A stretch of 64,000 bases of DNA, taken from positions 23,500,001 to 23,564,000 of the forward strand of contig NC_058368.1 of the NCBI RefSeq assembly GCF_018350175.1, in the 5' to 3' direction. The notes below the pieces were generated by a model that searched no databases, was not told the origin of the DNA, and was given only the letters and a program-made list of their open reading frames with translations. The translations under genes and the position numbers were made by a program. This document shows positions 12,170-26,014 of the stretch, piece after piece; positions within the stretch are counted from its first letter, which is position 1; each line of letters starts with the position of its first letter. The DNA is from Felis catus (taxonomy: Eukaryota).

Positions 12170-15100
12170 ATACATACATACCACTTCTTTGATTTCCATT
12201 CATCTATTAGTGGACCACTTGGGCTATTTCCATAATTGGCTCTTGTAAATAATGCTGCAATAAACAGAGGGTGCATATATCCTTTTGAATTAGTGTTTTT
12301 GTATTCTTTGGGTAAATATCCGTAGTGGGATTACTGAATTATAGGGTAGTTTTATTGTTCAATTTTTGAGGCACCTCCATACTGTGTTCTACCATGGCTA
12401 CACCAGTTGGCATTCTCACCAACAATGCATGAAGATTTCTTTTTCTCCATATCCTCATCAACAGTTGTTGTTTCCTGAGTTTTTGATTTTGACCAATCTG
12501 ACAGGTATGAGGAGATAGCTCATTGTGGTTTTGATTTGTTTTTCCCTGATGATGAGTGATGTTGAGCATCTTTTCATGTGTCTATTGGCCATCTATTGTC
12601 TATTCATATCTTGTTCCCACTTTCTAATTGGATTATTTGTTTTTTTGGTGTTGTACATGTTCTTTATATATTTTGAACACTAAATCCTTATCAGATATAT
12701 CATTTGCAAATGTCTTCTATTCAGTAAATTCTCTTTATTTTTGTTGATTGTTTCTTTGGCTGTACAAAAGCATTTAATTTTGAAGTAGTCATCACAGTTC
12801 ATTTTTGCTTTATTTCCCTTGCCTCAGGAGACATATCTAGAAAAATGTGGCTGTGGCTGACAGAGAAATTACTGCTTATGCTCTCTTCTAGGATTTTTAT
12901 GGTTTCAGGTCTCACATTTAAATCCATTTTGAGTTTATTTTTGTGTATGGTGTAGGCTGGAGGTCCAATTTCATTCTTTTGCATGTACCTGTCCAGTTTT
13001 CCCAAAACCATTTGTTGACGAGACTGTCTTTTTCCCATTGCATATTCTTGACTCCCTTGTCGAAGATTAACTGATCATATAATTATGGGGTTTATTCTGG
13101 GCTCCCTATTCTGTTCCATTGATTTATGCATTTATTTTTGTGCCAGTACCATACTGTTTGAATTACTATAGCTTTGTAGTGTAACTTGAAATCTGGAATT
13201 ATGGTACCTCCAGTTTTGCTCATCTTTTTCAAAACTGTTTTGGCTATTTGAGGTCTTGTGTGGTTTCATACAAACTTTAGGATTATTTGCACCAGCTCTG
13301 TGAAAAATGCGGATGGTATTTTGATAAGGATTGCATTAAATGTGTAGATTGTTTTGGGTAGTATAGACATTTTAATAATATTTGTTCCAATCTAATAAGA
13401 AATATCTTTCCATTTGTGTAATCTTCAATTTATTCCATCTTTGTTTTGTAGTTTTCAGAATATAAGTCTTACATCTCTTTGGTTAAGTTTATTCCTAGAT
13501 ATTTTATTATTTTTGGTGCAATTGTAAATGAGATTGTTTTATAATTTCTCTTTCTGCTGCTTCATTGGTACTGTATAGAAATGCAATGAATTTCTGTACA
13601 TTGACTTGTATCCTGTGATTTTACTGAATTTATTTATCAGTTCTAGGAGATTTTTTGGTGGAGTGCTTAGGGATTTCTATATAGTATCATGTCATCTGCA
13701 AGTAGTGAAAGTTTTACTTCTTGTTTACCAATTTGGATGCCTTTTGTTTCTTTGTTATCTGATTGCTGTGGCTAAGATTTCCAGTACAATGTTGAATAAA
13801 AGCAGTGAGAGTGGAAAACCTTCTCTTGGAAATCCTGAACTTAGGGGAAATGTTCTCTGTTTTTTCTCCCATTGAGAATGATGTTAGCTGTGTGTTTTTC
13901 ATATAAGTCTTTTATTATGATGAGGTGTGCCCCCTCTAAACCTACTTTGTTGAAGGTTTTTATCATGAATGGATGTTGTACTTTGTCAAATGTTTTTCCT
14001 CCTTCTGTTGAAATGATCATATGGTTTTTATCTTTTTTCTTATTGATGCATCACACTGCTTGATTTGCAAATATTGAGGCATGTTTGCCTCTCAGGAATG
14101 AATCCTACTTGATCATGGTGGATGATTTTTAAAAAATGTATTGTTACACTCAATTTGCTAATATTGTGTTGAAAAATTTGGGATCTATGTTTATCAGAGA
14201 TATTGCCCTGTAGTTCTCTTTTTTGTGTCTTTATCTAGTTTTGAAAGAGGGTGATGCTGGCCTCATAGAATAAATTTAGAAGATTTTCTACCTTTTCTAT
14301 TTTTTGGAATGTTGAGAGGAATAGGTATTAACTCTTGTTAAGGGTTTGGTAGAACTCACCCATGAAGCCATCTGATTCTGGACTTTTGTTTTTTGGGAGT
14401 TTTTATTATTCAATTTTGTTGCTGTTAATTGGTCTGTTCAAATTTTCTATTTCTTCCCACTTCAGTTTTGGTCAGTTATACGTTTGTGGAATTTATTAAT
14501 TTCTACTAGGTGTTTAATTTGGCATGTAATTTTCTGTAATAGTCTCTTATAATCCTCTGTATTTCTGTGGTGTCAGTTGTTATTTCTCCTCTTTCATTTG
14601 TGATTTTGTTTGAGTTCTCTGTCTTCTCTTTTTATGAGTCTGTAAGAGACTTACCAATTTTGTTGATATTTCAAAAAACCAGCCCCTGTTTTCATTGATC
14701 TGTTGTTTTTTTAAATTTCTGTATCATTTACTTTTGCTATAATTTTAATTATTTCCTTCTTTCTGCTGATTTGGGGTTTTGTTTGTTCTTCTTTTTCTAG
14801 CTCTTTTAGGTGTAAGGTTTGTTCTTCTTTTTCTAGCTCTTTTAGGTATAATAAATATCGTTTATTTGAGATTTTTTGCCTCTTGAGGTAGGCCCGTATT
14901 GCTGTAAACTTCCCTCTTAGAATGGCTTTTGCTGCATCCCAATGATTTTTGGACCATTGTGTTTTCATTTTTCATCTGTTTCCATGTGTTTTTTATTTCT
15001 TCTTTTATTTTCTGTTTGATCCATTCATTGTTTACTAGCATGTTGTTTAACCTCCATGTATTTCTGCTTTTTCCAGATATATTCTTGTAGTTTATTTCTA

Positions 15101-15722
15101 GTTTCATAGTGGTTAGAAAAGATGCACAGTAGGACTTCAATATTTTTGTATTTGTTGATACTTGTTTTGTGGCCTAATATGTGACTTCTTCTGGAGAATG
15201 TTCACTCTGCACTTGAAAAGAATGTGCATTCTGCTGTTTTATGATGGAATGTTCTGATGTATCTTTTAGGTCTATCTGGTTCAGAGTATCATTCAAAGCC
15301 ACTATTTCATGGTTGATTTTCTGCTTGGATGATCTTTCCATTGATGTAAAAGGCATGTTAAAGTCTTCTACTATTATTTTATTCCTATTGATTACTTCCT
15401 TTGTTTGTTATTAACTGTTTTATGTTTTTGGGTGTTCCTATATCAGGCGCATAAATATTTACAATTGTTATGTCTTCTTGTTGGATTGTTCCTTTTATTA
15501 TTGTATAGTGTCTTCTTTGTCTCTTGTTACAGTCTTTGTTTTAAAATATATTTTGTTTGATATAGTATTGCTACCCTGGTTTTGTTTTCATATCTTTTTG
15601 CATGATAAATATTTCTCCATCCCCTCACTCTCAATCTGCATACATCTTTAGATCTGAAATGAGTCTCTTGTAGGCAGCATATAGATGTGTTTTAGTTTGT
15701 TTTTCATTCCATTTCCCTATGA

Positions 15723-15818
15723 CTTTTTTTAAGTTTAAAGTTATTTAAATTCAAGTTAGTTAACATACAGTGTAGTATTGGTTTCAGGAGTAGAACCCAG
15801 TAATTAATCACTTACATA
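15723..15818 (-). mobile_element. Very short 5'-truncated L1 3' end nested in the larger L1
   Basis: T tail plus 'aattcaagttagttaacatacagtgtagtattggtttcaggagtaga', similar to the L1 3' end at ~46250. Confidence 0.7.
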
Positions 15819-16416
15819 TTATAGTATTTAGTCCATCAACATTCAAAGTTAATTATTGATAAGTATGCATTTATTGCCAGTTTGTTACTTGTGTTGTGGT
15901 TGTTTTTGTAGTTCTTCTCTGATCCTTTCTTCTCTTGCTCTCTTGTCTCATAATTTGATGGCTTTCTTTAGGGATACACATGGATTTCTTTCTCTTTATT
16001 TTTTGTATATCTATTACTGGTTTTTGATTTGTGGTTACCATTAGGTTTGTACAGAACATCTTCTGCATATAGCAATCTATATTAAGTTGACGGTCACTGA
16101 AGTTTGAATCCATTCCTTACTCTTCTCCCTACCACATTTTAGACATATGGGGTGCTTTTATTTTGTACACCTCTTGACTGATCTTTATAGATATATTTAT
16201 TTTTTCTGCTTCTGTGCTTCTTTTTCTTACTCTTGCCTATGATCTTTACTTTCTACTAAAAAAAGTCTTCTTTAGTATTTTTTGTAGGGCTGGTTTAGTT
16301 GTCATGAATTCCTTTAACTTTTGTTTGGGAAACTGTCTCTTTCCTTCTCTTCTGAACGATAGCCTTGCTGGATAGAGTATGCTTGACTGCAGATTTTTTG
16401 CTTTCGGCGCTTTAAA

Positions 16417-16633
16417 TTTTTTTTTTCAACGTTTTTTATATTTATTTTGGGACAGAGAGAGACAGAGCATGAACGGGGTAGGGGCAGAGAGAGAGGGAGA
16501 CACAGAATCGGAAACAGGCTCCAGGCTTCGAGCCATCAGCCCAGAGCCTGACGCGGGGCTCGAACTCACGGACCGTGAGATCGTGACCTGGCTGAAGTTG
16601 GACGCTTAACCGACTGCGCCACCCAGGCGCCCC
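16417..16633 (-). mobile_element. Young felid Can-SINE (SINEC_Fc-like)
   Basis: CpG-rich and near-identical to the other young copies; TSD tcgg(c/t)gctttaaat. Confidence 0.97.
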
Positions 16634-17027
16634 ATCGGTGCTTTAAATATATCATGCCACTCTCTTGTGGCCTGCACAGTTTCTGCTGAAAAATCCACTG
16701 AGAGCCTTATGGGTTTCTCTTATATACAACTGTTTCCTTTTCTCTTGCTGCTTTAAAAATTTTCTCTTTATCACTACTTTTTGCCATTTTAATTATTATG
16801 TATCTTGGTGTGGACTTCCTTGGGTTGATTTTGTTAGGGGAGTCTCTGTGTCTCTTGGATCTGTATGTGTTTCCTTCCCCAGATTAGGGAAGTTTTCAGT
16901 TATCATTTCTTTGAATAAATTTTCTACCCCCTTTCCTCTCTCTTGTCCTTCTGGGATTCCTATAATGTGAATGGTATTATGCTTGATGGAGCCACTGAGT
17001 TCCTTAAAAAAAAAAAAAAAAAGAAAA

Positions 17028-17255
17028 GGGGCGCCTGGGTGGCGCAGTCGGTTAAGCGTCCAACTTCAGCCAGGTCACGATCTCGCGGTCTGGGAGTTCG
17101 AGCCCCGCGTCAGGCTCTGGGCTGATGGTTCAGAGCCTGGAGTCTGTTTCCGATTCTGTGTCTCCCTCTCTCTCTGCCCCTCCCCCGTTCATGCTCTGTC
17201 TCTCTCTGTCCCAAAAATAAATAAACGTTGAAAAAAAAATTAAAAAAAAAAAAAG
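17028..17255 (+). mobile_element. Young felid Can-SINE (SINEC_Fc-like)
   Basis: ggggcgcctgggtggcgcagtcggttaagcg head; inserted in an A-rich tract. Confidence 0.97.
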
Positions 17256-18983
17256 AAAAACAAACAAACAACAACAACAGAAAACCCCAAAAACTATGCA
17301 AAATGAAAATAGACTTAGGGAACTTAGTGACTCTGTGTTCTTCGTCTTTGATTGGTTCTTTTTTTTATCTTTGTGTTAAGGGTCTCACTGAGGTCCTCCA
17401 CTTTTTTCTCAAATCCAGTGAGTAACTTCATGATTATTATTTTAAATTCTTTGTGAGGCACATTCCTCATATTCCTTTGCTTAGGTTTCTTGCTGTGATT
17501 TTGTCCTGTTCTTTCATTTGCACATATTCCTCAGTCTTCTCTTTTTGCCTAACTCTATTTCTTTGTGTTTGGAAAGTCAGATAAATCTCTAGCTCTTGAA
17601 AGGAATTGCTTTATAAAGTAGAGTTCCTTTAGTGCTCTGTAGTACAACGTCCCCTGTTCACTAGAACCTGGAGCATCAGGGGTACCCCCTTGTGTGTTGC
17701 CTGAGCCCTGCTGCTGTGTCTCGGCCACTTTGTCCTTTAGCCCAGTCATCTGCAGTGGCTCTCTTTGCTTATTTTGGTCAATGTTTGTTCCCTGTGGTTT
17801 TAGTGGACCGGCCTGGGCCTTCCTTGGGCTTAAGTTGAGTCAGACAAGGCATTTGCCAGAGATGAGGTAGCACCAATCTGCAGTGCACTTTTGCTGTGTT
17901 GTCCCCTGTGAAGTTTTCATGTTGGCTGGGGCCTGCCATCAGACCAACTGCTGCCCTCAGCTCACTTCTGGGGCCCCAGTCTAACTGGTGTGATGTTTAT
18001 CTTACCTCACCCTAGGGTAGAGTCCCTTTGGAGTGGTGTTTCCCCCTGGTGGGGTTGTTGGCATACTGTCAGGTTTTTGGCCCCCGTTTAAATGGACTCT
18101 GACCAACAGCATATTGGAGAGGACACTGTTGCTCCTGGGATCATGCTGATTAGGGTGGGGTGTGAAGTTTAACAAGGTGTGCTCCAGTTTAATGAGATCT
18201 GCCCCTGCTGCCACCTTGAGCAGGGCTAGCTAGGGTGGGTCTGCTGGATGCGTAATTTAACAAGGTGTACATAGGTCTTCTGCAGGGTCTACTGCTGCCA
18301 CTGCTTGGACTGAGGCCCTGTAAAAAGTGTGCAGTATTGGCAAGGTTTGCACCAGCCCTCTGGGAGAGGAGACCCACAGTGCCAGAACTGAGGCAAGCAT
18401 GACTGGAAAGGCTGGATCCACTAAAGCTCAGTGGGGTGGGGCTTGGTATAAGCATGTTATAGTGAATGTGGGTGTCATGTGGGTTCCCACAGGTGGCCAC
18501 AGGTGGCTGTGTGTTTATGCTCGGGGGCAGGGAAATGGAGCCTGCCAGCTCTTTGGTTTTTGGAGAAGTCTCTCAGCCACCCTGCCCCGTTGGGACACAC
18601 TGTGAGATTAATAAATAATTCTCCCTCCCCTATGCTCCAGATGTTTTTCAAACTGATACTTGCATACTGTTAGGCTATTTGTAATGCTGTTTCACTAAAG
18701 GCAGGAACCTATTGCAGGATAAAACTAGATAGGCACACTATCTAGTTGTATTCATGAGATGAAGTATGCTTAGGGTCCTTCTACTCCACCATTTTCCCAG
18801 CAACCACCCCCCCCCCCCCTGTTTAGGAATCATCTTTGTCTGAGACAGCGGGGTGAGAATAAGTTTCTTTGTTACTTCCCAGAGAAGTTTGAGGTCAGAT
18901 AGATCCAAATTCCCCCAGGTTGATGACTATTCCATAGCAGTTAAAAAGAAGAAAAAGGAAGGAAAAACAAAAGCTCCTCTCTC

Positions 18984-19300
18984 ACATGTGGAATTTGAGA
19001 AACTTAACAGAAGACCATAGGGGAAGGGAAGGAAAACTAAGTTACAAACACAGAGGGAGGCACACCATAAGAGACTCTTAAATACAGAGAAAAAACAGAG
19101 GGTTGATGAAGATGGGGGTTGGGAGGTGAGGGAAATGGGAGATGGGCATTGAAGAGGGCACTTGTTGGGATGAGCATTGGGTATTGTATTTAAGTGATGA
19201 ATCACGGGGATCTACTCCCAAGGCCAAGACTACACTGTAAACCCTGTATGTTAGCTAACATCACAATAAATTATTAAAAAGAAAAAAACAAACAATATGC
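18984..19300 (+). mobile_element. 5'-truncated L1 3' end
   Basis: L1 3' UTR (gggcattgaagagggcacttgttgggatgagca); TSD aaaa(g/c)ctcctctctca at ~18969 and ~19307. Confidence 0.9.
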
Positions 19301-19849
19301 CAAAATAAAACCTCCTCTCTCAAGCATTTCAGTTATATGTTGTCCCTGATGATCCTGAAGCCCTGTTGGTTTTCTTTGTTATACAGCTGATGAATGAGTG
19401 ACTTTGTCAACTTACCAAGCTTCTCTGTGCTTTTGTTTTCTTATCTGAAAATAGGAGTAAAAATGTCTTTCATCATAGGATTGTCCTGAGGATAACATTT
19501 GACTTAAACGATTTCTTAAAACACTGTCTGACATAAAAGTAAATGCTCCATAAATGGTATAAATGCTCTTAGCATTTCCCTCCAGCAGTCAGAGCATCAT
19601 CATTACCATCATCATCATCATTTTCACCATCAACATAACAACAGCAATAACAATACCTTAAAAATAGCCTAGTGGGGATGCTGAAGATGATGGCAAATCA
19701 ACTTGGACTAGAATTTCTCATTTACACTTTTGCTATTCCTCCTGCAGGAGCCAGGGTTATTTCAAGAGTTGACACAGGCTCAGTGGATCTCAGGCACAGT
19801 GCATCTGTCCTGATTCAGGCATTTATTTAAAAAAATGTTTTATTATAAT

Positions 19850-19995
19850 AGACTCTTAGATAAGGAGAACAAACTGAGGGTTGATGGGGGTGGGGGAGAA
19901 GGGAAAGTGGGTGATGGGCATTGAGGAGGGCACTTGTTGGGATGAGCACTGGGTCTTGTATGGAAACAAATTTGTAAATAAATTATATTTAAACA
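19850..19995 (+). mobile_element. Short L1_Fc-like 3' end
   Basis: Same 3' UTR motif; flanking repeat aaaa(t)gttttatt. Confidence 0.85.
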
Positions 19996-20469
19996 GCCAA
20001 AAGTTTTATTTTTGAATTCAGGAAAACTTAGATAAAATTAAAAAAAAAAAACATAAGGTGTTCTATTTTGCGGAGGCCACTGTGATGTATATGACAAGAG
20101 TGATGTTCTAAGTTTGCTATGTGTGGGTAACTGAAAAGGAATAACATGATTCATCTGGTTTGTTTTCCATAATCTCTCATGAACTTTGCTAGTTCAGAGC
20201 TTTAAGTGGAAAAAAAAGAAAATCTTGATTCCATTGTCTAATAGCAGAGACTTTCCCCCCCCTCTATAAGCATTCTCTCTCTATGTATATGTTTATACAG
20301 ATGACAACACCTCAACTCTTTCATTTTACTCCTTGGTTTAATGATAATAGTAATATTGTTTTAGTGATTTTTCAGTTTTCTATTTTAACTGGAATAGCAT
20401 CAGATGTTGAGTTTGTTGCCTGCTTCACATTTCCTTGCCCTTTCCACCTACTTACTCATCAGTGTTCCT

Positions 20470-20930
20470 CCTCATATCTGACTGGAACACAGCAGGAAAC
20501 AGATGTCACACTGAAACTGGGATAATTTGAGGAAGGTTTAATAAACAGACTATTTACAAAGGCATTGGTGGGGCGTAGGAAACCCCAGGGAATAGTGAAT
20601 CACCTGGTGCTAGTAACAGAGGGAACTTGAGTGGGGAAAGGAAGTAGCTCCTTGAATCCTAATGGAGCCAGTGTGAGGAGGTGGGGCTGTGATGAGAGGA
20701 GCCCTGACTATTGCATGGTGAAGGAAACAGCCAGCCAGAAGTGTCCCCATAAGGAGGGATGGGGCACCAAATGTTCCCACTTCTCTCTCCCGCCTCCCAC
20801 CAGCCCCCTGCCGGGACTTTTCATTGGCTGATCTCAAGGGCAATCAGAAAGCATGGGAGCCTGTTGGTACAATCACTACAGGTCAGTCTTAGTTGGGTGG
20901 AGTACATTTGCAGGGAATATAGGTGGTGTC
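20470..20930. mobile_element. Ancient ERVL/MaLR-class solo LTR
   Basis: 'cagcaggaaacagatgtcacactgaaactgggataatttgaggaaggtttaataaacagactatttacaaagg' is a typical class III LTR end. Confidence 0.6.
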
Positions 20931-21149
20931 CACATGCTATCTACCCTTTCTTCTTTCTCTCCCACATCTGAGACAGAGAGGCAATGCCTGCAGTGCACCA
21001 TTGTCCATTAATCATCTTTTCTGTGCCCTGTCATCATTCTCTCCTTTTCGATCAACTAGGTCCCATCACTGGATACTTTTGTTCAGGTTTCTTCCATTTG
21101 ACAACAACATCACAATAAAGAAACCTTCCCTCCTTGCCATGTGTCTTTT

Positions 21150-22520
21150 TAGCTTTCTTAAAGAAATGACAGTTAAGACGTGGAGGTTTGAGCTGATGTT
21201 AGCCAGGTAAAGAGTGCATTTAAGGCAGGAGAACAATAGCCTCAGCAAAGTTCCTAATTGTGACTAGGCAAAGGTCAGTGTGGTTGAAGCCTGGTGAGCA
21301 AGGCACAAAAAGAGACTGAAGGACTAGCCAGGACCCAGATCATGCAGAATCTTGGGTTTTATTTTGAGAACAAGGGGAAGCTAATGCAGTCACTATTGCT
21401 ATATAACAAATTATTCCAAAATTATGTTCAGGTGTTGCCTGGGGCTACTGTCAGCTGAAGTCTCAGCTGAGTTGGAAGGGTAAGATATTTCCCTCGTGGT
21501 TGGCTGTTGATGCTGGGAGCTCATCTGAGGCTCTGGACTGGAATGCCCATATATGACTTTTATGGAATGGTGGTTTCAGAGTAGTCACATTTTTACAGTT
21601 GGCATCCCCCAAAATAAGGGTCTCAAGGAAATCAGATGGAAGCTTCATGGCTCTTTTGGACCTAGCTTCAGAATTCACACAGTGTCACGTACACGGCCTT
21701 CCATTAATTGTAAGTGAGTCATCAGGCTATTCCAGACTAAGGGGGGGAAATTCCAGACTAAGGAAGGGAGTTATACTCTGCCTCTTGATGTGGAGAGTCA
21801 TAGTCACATGTGGTCATATGAGCTTGTGTGATGGGGGTTATTATGGCCATCTTTGAAAAATATAATCTCTCAACCTATTAAAATATTTTAACACAAGAGT
21901 AATGCAGGCTGATATATGTTCTACAAAGATCACTATGATTGCTTTTCAAACTAAAGTTTAGAGAGTAAACAAGGCTGTACATGATAGTCTATCAAGGTAG
22001 TGCAGGCAAGAGATGACAATGGCTTAGTGTAGAGTGCTGACAGATATGGTAAGAAATGAGCAAATCTGAGTTAAGTTGTAGAGTCTGTATTGCCAAACTT
22101 TGATGAAGGACTGGGTGTGGGGTGTGATGGAGAAGTGATGCCAAATGTGGTTCCCAGGTATTTGGGTTTGAAGTTTCTGGGTAAATGCCAGTGTCATTTA
22201 CAGAGGTTAGGCAGTGAGGAGGAGAAATTATGAAGGGGAAAATCAAGGCTTCACTCTAGGTTGATTGTAAGTTGTATTTGGGACAACCAAGTAGACTAGT
22301 CAAGAGGCTCATGTCTTGGAGCACAGATGAGAATTCCAGGCTGGAAATATAAATATGGCAGTTATCATCATATTGATGATATTTAATGAAGCCATGAAAA
22401 GGGAGAAGATACAACTAGAGAAAGCCTGCAGAGAGATGAGAGATGGAATGTTAGGAGAGAGTACTGAGGACATGTATCCAGCTAGGGAGCGGAGGAGGGG
22501 CTTCCAAAGAAAACAGAAAC
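21150..22520 (-). mobile_element. L2 relic interrupted by an MLT1 LTR
   Basis: L2-like text on both sides of 21385-21875. Confidence 0.6.
21385..21875 (-). mobile_element. MLT1 (MaLR) LTR
   Basis: 'tattgctatataacaaatta...ggctgttgatgctgggagctc...ggccatctttgaaaaatataatct'. Confidence 0.65.
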
Positions 22521-22874
22521 GGCCAAATACTGAGTGTATTTTCAGTGGAAGGATATGTATTTTTTCCAAACCCACATCAAGAGGTACAAAATCTCTCTAG
22601 AAACGTTAAATATGCTTCTCCCAATTATCCCTTAAAAAGAATTTTTCCCTCTTGATCAAGCATCTTTCATTCTTCACAGTCTGACAGGCAGTTTCTGATT
22701 TTCTGTGATTTCTGTGAGTGAGGTATTTATTTAAAATAATTAGGCATTAGAAGTGAATGCTGATCTCTGTTCTTAAATAACTTGTTTTGCATATTGTGTT
22801 CTTTTTGTTTAAAGCTACCTGGGTATAAAAACTACCTGGGTGTAAAAATAAAGTAATAACCTAGAATTAACTGT

Positions 22875-23097
22875 ATTTAAAAACACTTTTTTAACGTTTT
22901 TATTTATTTTTGAGACAGAGAGAGACAGAGCATGAATGGGGGAGGGCCAGAGAGAGAGGAAGACACAGAATCTGAAACAGGCTCCAGGCTCTGAGCTGTC
23001 AGCACAGAGCCCGACGCGGGGCTCGAACTCACGGACTGCGAGATCATGACCTGAGCCAAGGTCGGATGCTTAACCGACTGAGTCACCCAGGCGCCCC
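22875..23097 (-). mobile_element. Felid Can-SINE
   Basis: Canonical sequence; TSD tagaattaact. Confidence 0.96.
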
Positions 23098-24349
23098 TAG
23101 AATTAACTTTAAAAAGTGTCACGTGGTTTTCTTATTAGAGGTAATTTGTTCAGCTCCATAGTTGTCAGAGAAATAACTGTCTTGAGGTAAAGGTGATGAA
23201 AAACCAAATGGAGGCTCCAAATTAGGTAGTAGACATATAGAGGACTTCTCTCAAGCAACAACATCATGAGGTGGGTTGAATGGCATCAAGAATATGGCTG
23301 GGTTGTATCATTTGGTGCAATATAAAGGTAAAACCTAGAATGTCCCAGTTTTTCATCAGTGCAAAATGACAGGAGTGAAGGCTGGCTAGGACGAAGTTGA
23401 CAGAGGTAAGGTGAAATAATGAAGCTGAAAAGTGGGAATGAGTTGCCTACTAATGAGATGAAGAGCACATAGAAGAATTATGTGGAGGAGATAGGAAAAA
23501 CATCTTCGATGAAGAGAATATTCCAGTTTTAATATTGATCTATCTTTAGAAGTGACCACCGGAGCATCATTTAATGAGTTTGCCACCTTTTCGAACTTGT
23601 AACATTGATCACATCCAACAAGTGATTGTAGGGGTCTCCACTAGAATTATTTGCCCTCTCTTTAGAAAGAGGATCTTTGCTCAGACAGTGGCATTTTCAC
23701 AGCATGAATTTTGATGCAATAACAGTGAAAAATAATGCTTAAGCAAGAGAGTGTGGCATGATCTGATTTGTTTCTCAGGATGGACGGGGGAAAGTTGGTT
23801 AGACGAGAGGCAAGGTGAATAATTAGAACACCTGTAACAACCTAGATGTGACAGGACGGGCACCTGAACTGACTCAGTAGTGGAGCCTAGATTTCAGGGC
23901 AATTGTTGAAGTGGATTTATGTTTAATCTTGGTGATTGATTCAGTTGAGGCAGGTGAGATAAAAGTAGTGATGAGGCTGGTATATGGCCATTGGTGGACA
24001 CAAATCTCTAAGAAGGAACGGCCCATGGATGTGAGACCAGAGATATGGAATGAGACAACTATAGACACACCCATACATTATTTTCTCAACAGCTCTATGA
24101 AGTGAGCCATGCAGGCATCATTCTCCTCTGAGGAAAGGCAACTCAGCCACTTTTAAAACCTAAGATCCTCCACATCTGCAGTTACTTCTTGCTTGCCACT
24201 AGCACCCAGGGGATAAGGAGTAGGAGTAAGGGAAGGGATTTATCCATCTCTCCAGCACCATTCTAGCAATGACGACGTCCCCCTGTACTTTTAACTATGG
24301 TTCTCTTCTAGGAACGCAGTCCCAATTAGTCAGCTGGTTGTAACAAATG

Positions 24350-24830
24350 TCTTAGTGTAACGCAAGGCAATTTCATGATGCATTGGTTTGTATATTACTC
24401 ATTCCAGTTCCCCTTTTCATTTGCCTTTTAGGTACTGGGAAGGCTAGAAAGTTAATATCTAGAATTTCCACGTTCCCTTGCAGTCAGCTTCCATATGTAG
24501 CTCAGGTTTTATATATACATGAGATTTGGAAGAAGTGAGTGAGTGATGTGTGGGCACTGTGATTGAAGCATTTGGTTCTTCTGAGGAAGCTCTGATGGAA
24601 AATCTGGGAAGAGTGTGGCTTGTGGCAGGATTGAAGTTTGCCCTGCAATGGTCTCACAGTGGGTAGGGTGTTTCTCTTGTCTGCATTTGTTCTTGGTTGT
24701 GTAGCATTTACTCTTGATTCTTGGCCCTCCTGGAGATGTTGTGTACCACTTAACATTCTCCAATAAATGCCTTTCTGATCTAACTATCTAGAGTAGATTC
24801 TGCTGACTGCACCTGAGAACAATGATAATG
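24350..24830 (+). mobile_element. LTR33-like ERVL solo LTR
   Basis: 3' end 'caataaatgcctttctgatctaactatctagagtagattctgctgactgcacctgagaac'. Confidence 0.6.
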
Positions 24831-26014
24831 CTCAAAGTGTGTGTATCTTTTTTTTCTATCTATCTGCTATAATAGACATGTATACGTTCATGGTGAACAA
24901 TTTCTTTTGGCACAAATCACAGCTTTGATAGTGATTCCAGCCTGAAGCATTTTAAGATCATGAAAAGTTATTAAAAATTTAACATTACTAAAACATTAAT
25001 TTACCAGGCATTAATTGAACACTTAGGATTTTTAAAGCACTGTGCTAGACCTCGATGAATTTGATATAGTCAGTTCTGGCCTTCAAAGACTCTCCAAACC
25101 TAATGTCATTCTCCTGCTTAAAATTGCCATTGGAAACTAACCTTAGGGGGGCAGGTTCCATGCCTTTTTCATTCACCACTGTATCTAGGGCCAAGCACCT
25201 GTTCTCAGCACAGATATGTGAGCGCACACGCACACATGTGCATATGTACGTGTTCACATATATGTACACAGATATGCATTCATTATGTGAATGAATAAAG
25301 CTATATGCCAAAGATACTAAGTAAAATAAAGGGGGAGAGATTCTTCTGGGATATTCATTGCCAGACTAAAATGTCTTTCAGCCACCAAACCCAATTTTAA
25401 ATGTGACTCTAAATTTCTCTAACATAATTTTCTTATAGTAAACTTCTTATCTGCAGGGTAATTTGTTCAGGACAGAATTAACAGGTTTTCTCCTGCTTCC
25501 TGATTGTGTAGTTCTCCTAAAAATCTACTTCTTTATTGTGGTCATGCAGACTCCCAGTTGGTCAAAACATGATTTCCAGGCAGCTTTTTCTTCTAGGTAC
25601 TTATCCACCAACTGTTTCTTTCCAGATCAAACATTGGTTTATCTACTGCTCAGTCTGTTCAATTATGCTAACCAATATAGATAACCAGTTCTACAGGATT
25701 TTTTTCACAATTCCATACATGATCCCCCCCACCTCATTTGGTGTCTGTAGTTCAGGTAAACAGTGAGAGGTATATTTTGCCACATAGTGCCATTTTATAA
25801 TTGAGAAAATAGTGAAATAACGAAACTAAGAGACTTTCCTGACTTTATTCAGAACTGGAGGAGGAAACAGTTTTTGCTTATTGGTCATTTATCTATGGTC
25901 AATGTGCTTGTTCAAGGTCATCTGAAATTTGTACTCTAAACATGTTCCTAGGGCTTTGAAAGTAGGGTCATCTCAGGTATAAAATGACAGTGGTGGCTTA
26001 AAAGAAATTATTAT

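Larger units (their letters stand above)
11745..18798 (-). mobile_element. Near full-length decayed carnivore L1 (5' UTR, ORF1, ORF2, 3' UTR)
   Basis: Many ORF2p fragments in the ORF track ([32 protein letters not shown]); ORF1 remnants at ~16250-17600; 5' end reads gggaaaatggtggagtagaaggacc on the minus strand, like the L1 at 61151. Confidence 0.92.

Noticed and set aside
17028..17110. tRNA-like A and B boxes
   Set aside because: This is the head of a Can-SINE, not a tRNA gene; the same applies to all copies
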